A DNA stretch of 63,880 bases, filler included, from Bigelowiella natans CCMP2755 (Eukaryota > Protista > Cercozoa), in assembly GCA_000320545.1 (NCBI GenBank). It is 4 parts of 4 records of this genome, joined end to end, with 100 filler letters (N's around TTAATTAATTAA, not from the genome) between each part and the next. Parts side by side here need not be neighbours in the genome. Positions count along the whole stretch, not along the records: positions 53,431 to 63,880 come from ADNK01001204.1; 3 more parts are not named here. One strand, 5' to 3'. Positions 54,010-63,880 of this stretch are shown here, piece after piece. The translations under genes and the position numbers were made by a program. The notes beneath the pieces were generated by a model. That model saw only the letters and a list, made by a program, of their open reading frames with translations, did no database searches and was not told the origin of the DNA. The stretch's first letter is position 1, and each line of letters starts with the position of its first letter.

Positions 54010-56463
54010 GCACCTTGAGTCCTGTCATGGCACCCCCTCCCCCCCCCCCAGGAGCGCTATCATTATCATCCCCCCCCACAGCATCGGCCACCTCCTTCAA
54101 CACGAATGTTATTAGAATGGAGGAGAATGATGATGGACGATGTTAAATTTAGAGGCGTTGCAATACATATCATGAATCTCATCGACGATAAATACAAATA
54201 CCGTGTTGAAGTGCACTGTAATATCCTCGTGCGCTAGCACACGATCCTACACGAAAAGCATAGCATTCGTTGATAACGGCGCGTGATATAGAGCTTTTAC
54301 ACTCGTGTACATCGTCACTGTCATCGCGCAATGGGTGCTGTTATTGACCCTGCAACTTCTATCACGGATGATGCTTTTTTGAGCTACTACCTGCATGGCT
54401 TTGGAAGCTTTCATCGCCGCAGAGCGAACAATAAGATGCACGTGTGAGGCGTACTTCGTCAGATAGATGGCCTCTTCTACAGCCGTATCCCCTCCGCCAA
54501 CTACCGCAACCTTTTGATCGTTGACAACACGCATATTTAACGGTGAAACGGGAAGAACAATGCTACACAGAGAGATTTATCACCAACGATTTTCCCAATT
54601 AGCACGTTAGGATTTTTCAATTTCACTAGGGAGCTCACATCACACACCGGTTTGTTCTTAAATATGGGACTCGCGCCGTCGCAGATCGCACATGCACTGA
54701 TTCCACGGCTCCAAAACTCATCCTTTCGAGGCAGCAACAACGGGGAGCGAAGGGAAGTGACTCACACTTTTGTTTATTTCTATTTTTACTGCATATACTT
54801 TTCAGATATCTGGTTTCTCATTCTTCTATCTTCGCTCACCTCTCTCGGTATGCCAAGGCGCTTTGCTGTAGCGCCTGTGAAAGAGGAAAGTATCAGAAGA
54901 ATCAACGAAAACCAATAGCAGCACTCATCGATTTAGCTACCCGTTGCTAGAATGATGGAATTCGTCTTCACCGTCATCTCGTCCTATGATTCAGATGTAG
55001 TAATAGACAAATAATCAGGGCCACGCATCACACATCATCTTCCAAGAACAACACGTTAGAGCAGCAGCAGCAGCAGTAGCAGTTTGCAGTACCGATTGAA
55101 CGACAAAGGGCCTTTGAGATAAATCAACTTGCAAGACATCCTCGGTTATCTACGGAGAGTGGGGACGACGTTGTCAATTGAAGGGTAATAGACACATCGA
55201 AAGAGAAAAAATTTCAACAGAAACAGACGTCTTTCATATTCAAACACGATGTGCTCGTTCTCTCCCAATCTCTCTCTCTCTTCCTCTCTTCTCTTCAACC
55301 AACAACCAGTTGAGCGCCCCATCTTGCAGCTTGAGCTTTCATTCTATCCATTAATGCCGGCCCAGTTATGCCCTAAATCATCGCCTCAATTTCAGTTCAA
55401 ATGTGCACGTATCGAAGAACCACCATCGAGATTTGCCGTGTGAGCGAGCGGGCGAGCGATGTTCTTCTCTTTTGAAAAGGGAAAAGAGTGGGGGCGGGGG
55501 GGGGGGGAAAGACGACGAGGAGGAAGATGGCAGGAAGTGTATCCACCTCTGGAAATCCGGGGAAGTTCTCCACTTCTGTTGTCGTCATTAACTGCCCGCC
55601 TGGGGTTCCACCCATTCTTAAGCCTAAGAGAAACAGCAAGGAGACGTAAGTTTTTATGCTATCAGGAGGTTAATGGATGTAGGCATGTTGTATCGAGATG
55701 CGCCAGACTAAACACAACAAACATATCCACTTCCCTACTGACCTTCAAAGACAAGCGGTTTCAAATTCGCCCTTGCAGCGTATATAGCTGCCGTGTAGCT
55801 GTATGCAAATTAACATTCAGAATCGATGCAAGTAAGGCATGCCTATCAGGCCCACATGCTAGCAGAAACCTCAAAAAATAGTCAAGTGACCAATATGCTA
55901 CCATACCCGGCAGGGCCGCTGCCAATAATTACGATGTTCTCCACGGGTGAATCTGAGAATAAGAAGATAATGCTCCCCATCAGTCTCATTTTAATCAATT
56001 TCACATGGCGTGTTGAAATATGTGTCATATCTGCTGACGTGTCCCTCTGAAACGGTTCTCTACACCTGAAGATGGGCTACTTTGTGCAGAAGTACGGATG
56101 GCAGTCCTCTTGGTCTGCACTAGCCCCTGATAATACAGTGGTAGCGACATAAACAAGAGAAGAGGTTCATTGTCGAGGAAGACCGTCCGCCCCCCGCCCC
56201 CTGCCGCCATCATCCACAAACTGCCTTCCCCCCTGCACGATTACATATCTTCTTCTCCTATCACATGCCGTTCCAACAAGGCCCCGATCATTAGTGTACC
56301 ACAGAATTACCTTGAGCTGCGTACAGCGGCGTGATACTGAGCTACCAACACGCAATCTTGACGCCATTAAGCTTGTTGCACTGCCCACCTCGCACGATGC
56401 CCAGAGCAATGACATCACTAAGACACCAGCGGCGGTGCAAGCCGAGCCCCTTCTTCTCACCAT
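53431..56463 (-). CDS. NTRC: NADPH-thioredoxin reductase, NTRC-like, bipartite leader; 3' end in gap
   Basis: VIIGSGPAG|[66 protein letters not shown]…[24 protein letters not shown] and its flanks match the plant NTRC type. Confidence 0.88.
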
Positions 56464-56549
56464 CGCGCAGAGAGCAAGCAGTGGCGGAGGTTGAGGTGAG
56501 AGGTGGGGGTTCGTTCTCTCAAGCCAATTGAAGGAATGATGAAAATCGG

Positions 56550-57600
56550 TGGCATTTTCTCCTTGCGACACGGTACTTTTTTCTTGCTCTGAAACAAATT
56601 GTTGCTTTGAAGCTCAGACTCCGTGTATTTTAACTCTGCGACATGGTTTTGAGACGAATTCGGCATTAGGATTGCAGCTCTTCCAACATCCGGGCAGGGA
56701 AGAGAAGTGGGGCGGGGGGGGGCGAGTTGTTTCTAGGTTTGTTGCACCCAGGTCATCCAGCGACTGCTTCACAAGATGGAAAATGAGCTCTCATTTTGGC
56801 TGCACCAATGTGATCTCTCTAGCTCTCCGGACTTCAATTGATGACTGCACGGCTTTTGTGCAGCCCCACACCTGGATGCATGAACTTGCAACCGACATCG
56901 CACGCCAGCACGTCGGCGCGCGGGCGGCACTGCACGTGCCGCAACCGATTGTGGTAGCAGTGCTAGCCATCGATCATCCACTTCTGCAACACAACATGTG
57001 CTGTGTGTGCATGCACGCGTGCAAAATGATGATGCAAACAAGCAGCACAATGATGTCAATTGAAAAATCGCCATCAGTCGCTAGTTAGCTAGCTAGGCTG
57101 TCTAGCTGTGCTAACCACTCCATCATTTCGCCATTCACAATCTAGCAATGTCAGATTCACATGCAGAACTAGATGAGGGCACGCGCGTTGTGTCATCACG
57201 GATGGCGCACGCTTGCACAAAACATGCAAACAATGAACTCTCGCCCGCTAGCCCGATGCCATCTAGCCATCACCACCTAGACGGTAGATGACTAGATCCA
57301 TGATCTAGTGATGCCAAGCGAGACGGAGCAAAAGTTGTGTAGCACGTAGCCTCTGCTGCTATCACATGTACCGCTAGCTCACTGGGGCGAGAATCTGCAC
57401 AGTGTCAGTGAGCGCATGGCCGGACAGATCCAGCACCAATGGACAAAACATGTTTGGGATCGTCTTCCCGGGTGCGATGCATGCTAGCATGCCCAACTAG
57501 CGTGTGCAGATCTAGAGAAAATCGATGCGCATGCATGTACGTACACGCTGGTATCACGTTCGTATTGATTTTTTTCATAAATTCTGACGATCGAACTTGA
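56550..57600. mobile_element. Decayed TE-like island
   Basis: CATG/TGCA/CTAG-rich with broken frames. Confidence 0.45.
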
Positions 57601-57712
57601 TCTAACATGACTTTTCCCTACTATTCGTACAATCAGACGACAGCATACTCGCTATTAATGTACATCAAAATGCCTTAACACTGTGATTAAAATAAAATGC
57701 CGGCTATAATTC

Positions 57713-57943
57713 CTAATATCTGGGCAAGTTGTTAACTTCCCTCTGCTCCATCTCTCTAAACCACCGTTCTGTCTGCATGCGCGATCTACCACCCATAGCT
57801 TTACGCTGCATTGATCCCCGTACTGCTTTAATATTGTCGCGGATTGCATTTCTCTTCGGCCTTCCGGTCGTGTTTGGCCGTAATCGTGAGCCCCAATCCA
57901 CTCCTTTCAGAAGAATAAACGAATCATTCAAAACAACATCTCT

Positions 57944-57982
<39 letters not shown>

Positions 57983-58772
57983 CACACGGAATACGGTGAC
58001 GCGTTAACCACTAAACGCTGCACGACACTCTGCGCGAAAACCACCTCCGACAACAACCCCCTTCCTTTTAATTTCTCTCCATGAACAGGCTGCCTACCTA
58101 GCGTCTCCCTGAGTCGAGATTCCACTTGCGGCGTTGTGTACCTGATTGACAGAAAAATTTCAATGATTACTTCCGGATCTGAGAGCTTGTATTCTCGAGT
58201 ATTTGTTGTTGTTGTTGTTGTATTACCTCGGGTAGTCCCCTTGGATATCGTATGTCCACTGCATCATATTAGTGAGAATCACTAATGTCGCCGACACCGG
58301 CTTGCCTGCGTTGTACAAAAACAATCAAGGTGAGAGCGCAACTCGCAAATCAGTGCGCGTTATCGATATATGCATGTAATAACATCACCGTATTCCTGCG
58401 GAGAGAAGGATATCACAATGCGCGTGGGATCTTCGCCCTCGGCCGCAAGCATCCCTGATAGTTTTAAATTCGAGGATTAATAATGCTCATGATAAGGCGT
58501 AATATGCACACTGGCGGGGAGCGCTAGCGAGGGCTGAGGCCACCTTTCCTGGGAGACACGCGAAACATCTCTGTGTCTTCTATGAAATAAGCTTTGAATT
58601 CTGCTGAACCAGGGAGCATATTGTTGAGTCCAAAGGCGACCGAGGACGTTGTGGCTGAGAGCACGCACAAACACACACATGGGGAGGTGATATCAAAACA
58701 ATGATTTTGAATGTTGCCAATAGAATTGTAGAGAAACACACACACATACACACACACACACATACAAATACG

Positions 58773-58829
<57 letters not shown>

Positions 58830-60704
58830 GTCAGAAGTGAGAAAGAAACGTCGAAGTGAACAAAGAAACAGTACATGGTGCAGCTCTGATGTGGATAACG
58901 TCGTCTATTTCTGGTTGCGTGGCATTCTGAAAAAGTTGAGAATAATATATTAATCAGGCTACACCCACTTGCCCCCCTGCATACACACTCCAGATCTCTT
59001 CTTACTATAATGATTATCATATCGTTTTCTCTTTCTTCTTTTTCTTCACGTCCTCACTACCAATAGGAGGCGGAAGTTCCAGCATCCACCCGTCTTCTTG
59101 AGTACGATCTTTATAGGAGAGAGAGGGAAATGGGGCGGGGGTGGGGGGATCGGGGAGAGATGTTAGTGATATACATCTCTATCGAATCGCAACCATTTCC
59201 GCTGTAGAGAGTAAAGAAGATACAGCTTCTCCTCGCTCTCCTTCGCCTCTCCCCTCCCACTATTCCTACTCTACAACAGGACCACGTCGCAGTAGGTCTC
59301 GACTGGACGCAAAGGCTCAAACCGCACTCGTAGCTTCAGCTTTGCGTCTGGAGCAGTAAGCGTCGTCTCCAGCAGCTCAACCTGCGAAAACGACAAACCG
59401 AATCCATAAGAAACATCCTTTTAAACTCTTTCCCTCCATATCCATCCATCTTCACCACCTTCAGGCAAGTTCGCAGCAGCTGTATCAGGTCGCGCTGGGA
59501 AGGATCCTCTGGCATTTTCACCTTTTTATTGCAATTGAATAGCGAATGAACACAGCGGAAAAGCAAACACTTGGCATGTACACAAAAAGTGAGAGACAAT
59601 GCCATCAGGTCCCTGGTTGTCTTATTCCAATGCCATTTACTACCTATACACCTATCTATATATATTTGCAACCTCATACTCAAACTCCTCAGTAGCGGTA
59701 GGCGAAGGGAATCGTAAGTCCTTGAGGTTCAGCTCCACGATCTGCATCGTTACACGATGATAATAGTAATAAAAATGACGACGGCGATGATGATGATGAT
59801 GATGATGATGAAAATACGTGTGAGGAACATCCGCATACTACTTTCATTTCGATTACTTCTGCTCGGCAAAAATGGCAGATGTGCGCAGCAACCCACACGC
59901 ATTGCATGCCATATCGAGAAAACAAGGAGGAATGGGGGCAGGGAAGCAACAACTAAAGCGCCCATTTTCGCACTACTACCTCCTTATGCACTCTCCGCGC
60001 TTTGGACGCAATACGGATGATCTTCGGCGATTTCATGGCCTCCGTACGACCAACAAGCGGGTACACAAACGTTATGTTCTTCTTCTTCACCCTCACGTTG
60101 ACAGCACCGGTGTAGTTGATCATTTGCGAGGGGCAAAAGACGATGGGGATTTGCAGCGTTTCGTTGGGTCGGAGAGTCTCTCTCCGCTTCTTCAGCTGGA
60201 GAAAGAAGGCCTTCTTCCCCCCCCTTCTGCCACCGCTGTACCGCTGGCCTTTCGCCTCGACGGTGAGGGATACGTGCACTTCCACGTCGTAGCCGAAGGG
60301 GTTTCTAAACCTCACCATGCCGCTTGTTTCTACCGACACCTGCGAGCGCAGGTCCATTGCGTTGTACGGAACGGGCTCCTGAGGCAGTGAAACACAGCAC
60401 ACACTCATTTCGACTGGGAAAGAAGGCGTTGAAGATGGAGGTCAGCAGGAGAAACGATTTTATTATTGTTTTTATTATAATTATTACTGATTTTTATTAC
60501 TATTTTACCTTGCCAACGCCTGAGAGGCTGTACACCCACTCGCCAACTTCCGACTCTACCAGCTGCAGCTGTGCCGTTTGTACCTGGGATTTCCATAGAT
60601 TAGGCTCTAGAATGACAGAAACCGTGCGATTTCCCTTCAGCTTTGACGAAATCATCGATATCGACTAGGTCGAGACAGGCAGTGTCACGAGAGGTGGGTG
60701 TATG

Positions 60705-60742
<38 letters not shown>

Positions 60743-61747
60743 GTGATATTGACAGAAACACTTCCGTTTACTACTACTACTACTACCTTGCCTATGTCGT
60801 CGGGCAGGAACCACACTCTAATTTCTCGAGCTGCGAAAGTGAAGAAATTTTCAAATCTCAAGGTGCAGCTGTGATTGAAGGTGCTTCCAAAGCATTTATT
60901 GTCAGCTACGCGCGCGAGCATACACACTTTGTCATCATCATCATCATCATCATCATCATTATCATCATCATTCCCTTCATACATGCATGATGACGAATTT
61001 CTTACTTTCCAGAGGCTCGAATTTAAGCGTAGCATCACTTCCCTGTAAGATTGAAGAGACGAGAGAAGGAAGAGAGAAGGGAGAGGAAGTTAGGTGTTTG
61101 TGTGTGTGTTATATTATCGTTCTTTATGTATCTTATTACCACGTCTTCGAGGTTAAAATGATCAAGATCGGAGCACTTAACTTGTAGTAAAACCTGAGAA
61201 TATATCCAACAAAAACGATGAGGAACGTCTAAAATGCAGCGATAAATATCGCCGCATGTTTCACAGATTCTTCCTACTATTTTAGTCGAAATTCGTCAGT
61301 TAAACTTCTGACATCATCATCATCATCATTATCATCTTACGCTGCGCTCGAGAGGATTGGAGATAGTGATTGTCTGATATGCCTTAACACCAACAATGGA
61401 CTCGAATTGAGGAAGAGCTTCCGTTTCTGGCGACGTTGCCTTCAGCTTTAGCACGTATACATACTCACCCGCCTTGTCATTGTAAAATCTGAAGCAAAAG
61501 GTGAGGAGGAGGAGGAGGAGGATAATGATGATGAAGATGATAATGATATCGAGGAGAAAGCATGAGGAAATGTGTGAAAGTATAAGGTTTACTTCTGCGA
61601 TCGTGAGAATGGAAGGAAACACACGTATCAGGTGAGATATAACAGCAAGAAGACACCTTAGGAAGCCCTCGCTTTCACCAGACACCATTGGAGAGAAGAT
61701 AAAGCTATATATTGCCTGCTCATTTGGCTTGAGACTGAATCATAAAT

Positions 61748-61789
<42 letters not shown>

Positions 61790-61965
61790 ACACACATAAT
61801 AAATAAATAAATATTTGGATAAATAAATCTATATATCGAAATTCATTGTTTTGTTCTCACCGAACGAAGCTGTCTCCATGCAGACCGTCGCCCTTGAGGT
61901 CCACTTCGAACACCATTCCCTCTTTTAGAGGGTTCATGATGGGGATCTCCACTTGCGCCGCCTGC

Positions 61966-62002
<37 letters not shown>

Positions 62003-62508
62003 CATCCATCGCTTACTTCATCGCATTGCATGGAACTCCCTTTTCAAGCCCCGAAACTACTCTTCTCCATAAACACGACGTATTAACCTCCTTCCTGCGT
62101 TTTCTCAAAAATGGCTGCTGCTGCTGCCGCGCATAATACCTTCCTCAGCTCAGCTTGAATGGTGAGCTCCGCGACATGTGCGGGAGGCTTGACCTTTAGA
62201 TGTACCGCATGCCACACGTAGGAGCCATCCTGCATCACGAAGCTCACTGAGCCCTTAAGTTCCCCCCCCGCAATCGGCTTGAACTTGAGCTCGTATTGGC
62301 GGGAGGAGTTGGCGGGTATGGTTATCCTGGCCTCTCCGGAGATGTTCGGGAGATCACTCTCGACCTTGAATGTGGAAGCAGAGCGCTTCTCGTTTCTGAC
62401 TGTGAAGGTATGCTTGCACTCTTCGCGCGCCTTGCACTCCAGCTCCGCTGTGCTCTGAGCGGCTGGTTCAAGGCCCTGCAGGAGAAGGGGGGGGGGGGGG
62501 AAGGGAAT

Positions 62509-62547
<39 letters not shown>

Positions 62548-63081
62548 AATGATTTTGTAAGTATTGATACATAAATACGTATTCAAAGCAATCTGCACTG
62601 TTCTACTGCTACTTCTACTAATACCACCACCAGCATAAGGGCAAACAAGCAAAAACAACAACAAACACAACAACTACCTTGCCCTTGAGAACAAAGCCGC
62701 GGATGTCGTCTGGCTTATCCTTCAGACGGCGGGTAAGCGTAAGTTTCCCTTGGATCTCGCAGATCCAATCGGGGCAGAATGTCAGCACGTAATCAACGGT
62801 GGCGCCCGGAGGAACCGAGAATTTGTCTGGGCCTTTGAAATACTTGCCTTCTATGTCGCACGTAAACTCCCACGGCTCGTCAGCAGTTGTGTTGGTGATG
62901 GGAATGAGCTGTTCAACGGCCTTTCGGGAGGGCACTTTAAACTCCAAGATCGGCGCTGGCCGTGGCTCACGCAGCTCAAACCTGGTTGAGGCGTGTGTAC
63001 ATGTTGGATCAATGTACTACTCGACTATTTTGGATTGATGGAGAATGCGGCGGGGCGGGCACATTTTTTAAGAGATCATTT

Positions 63082-63127
<46 letters not shown>

Positions 63128-63880
63128 AGATTTTGTGAGTGTACCGGATTGGAATGACGCGTGTGTCATATTCGGATCGCAATACGGCAGTAGTGGTGTA
63201 ATTCCCAGCGTGCTAAGGTGAGATAGTAGTAAAAAAAGGCATCACAGCCAGGAACCAGCGCATCACTTTTGAATTCATTTTGCGACGCGTCACCGATTGA
63301 TCACTTGAGGTGGAAAAACACAAAAATAACGCAAAGACAAGCTGCATGCGCGCGTGCGGAGCACCTTGGGGTCAAGAACGAACTCAAGATGGTTTGCTTT
63401 GCCGCCTGGATTGTGATGATCTCGCGTTGATTGGGCGTTACTGCCGGGTTCGTCTTCAGCCGATTTATTTGCAGACTTTTGCTTTGTCTTAGATGGGTCT
63501 AATCATCATCATGGCACACACAAAATCCAGCTCAAATCTTGCTTCTCTCACAACCATTTTCTTGTCGGTTAAATGAGAATATTGTGTTTATGTACGTGTG
63601 GTGCGCGTGATGTGTGTATGCCCCCCCCTAATATGATGGTTGGCGGCATCTCGAAGAAGGGCGAATCGCAGCTTCCCGGGATGGGGGGGGGGGGGGATGC
63701 GAATGTCAATGTGTGTAAGTGCTGCATCATAAACGTCGTTGCATAGAAAAGCGCATGATGATGACTTACGTGATATGTGACTGCCTCGTCGCTAGGAATA
63801 GGATTTTCGCCCGCACACCTGTTGATTTAGTGAGTCAAAGGAAATAATGGGGGGCTTGATTGACGCCAAGTATAGGGCTA
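57713..63880 (-). CDS. CFAP47: Cilia/flagella-associated protein 47-like (ASH/PapD-like Ig repeats), C-terminal part; 5' end outside window
   Basis: Exons such as ILEFKVPSRKAVEQLIPITN, ELECKAREE…YVWHAVHL, VRFRNPF…FVYPLVGRTE, KTGGCWNFRL…PEIDDVIHI, SVAFGLNN…FRVSPRKG, EYGKPVSATLVILTNMMQWTYDIQG match the CFAP47 C-terminal pattern. Confidence 0.78.

Larger units (their letters stand above)
1..63880. repeat. Pervasive intronic microsatellites ((TA)n, (CA)n, (GA)n, (CAT)n, (TAG)n, poly-G/C)
   Basis: Directly visible in most introns from ~11.6 kb onward. Confidence 0.95.

Noticed and set aside
11503-63492. Many short track ORFs with (HT)n, (YI)n, (CV)n, (ER)n, (SL)n or poly-M/D/I runs
   Set aside because: Translations of intronic microsatellites or antisense shadows of real exons.

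Overview
Eukaryotic, intron-rich nuclear DNA (GT-AG introns packed with microsatellites), interrupted by three artificial N44-TTAATTAATTAA-N44 contig linkers. Bipartite signal+transit leaders on NTRC, CCD and LACS, a flagellar CFAP47 and a Zn2Cys6 factor suggest an alga with a secondary plastid, possibly a chlorarachniophyte (inference only). Genes reconstructed by eye, left to right: EAF (+), a giant NHL/PT/REJ/GPS polycystin-1-like receptor (-), an intronless 67-aa tandem-repeat gene of unknown family (+), a head-to-head pair of atypical Rho GTPases, phytochelatin synthase (-, 5' end in gap), a Tudor-like/RG-rich gene (-), a carotenoid cleavage dioxygenase (+), a six-finger C2H2 gene (-), a long-chain acyl-CoA synthetase (+), a Zn2Cys6 gene (-), an NTRC-like thioredoxin reductase (-) and the 3' part of CFAP47 (-). 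Most intergenic spacers hold decayed TE-like islands rich in CATG/TGCA/CTAG. The strongest candidates for new biology are (i) the 16.55-19.5 kb island (Pol III A/B-box tRNA-like element, CpG-depleted repeat gene, perfect 32-bp hairpin) and (ii) the inverted Rho pair, both lacking catalytic Gln61, with divergent switch regions but near-identical 3' halves. Exon boundaries are manual and approximate; no searches were run.
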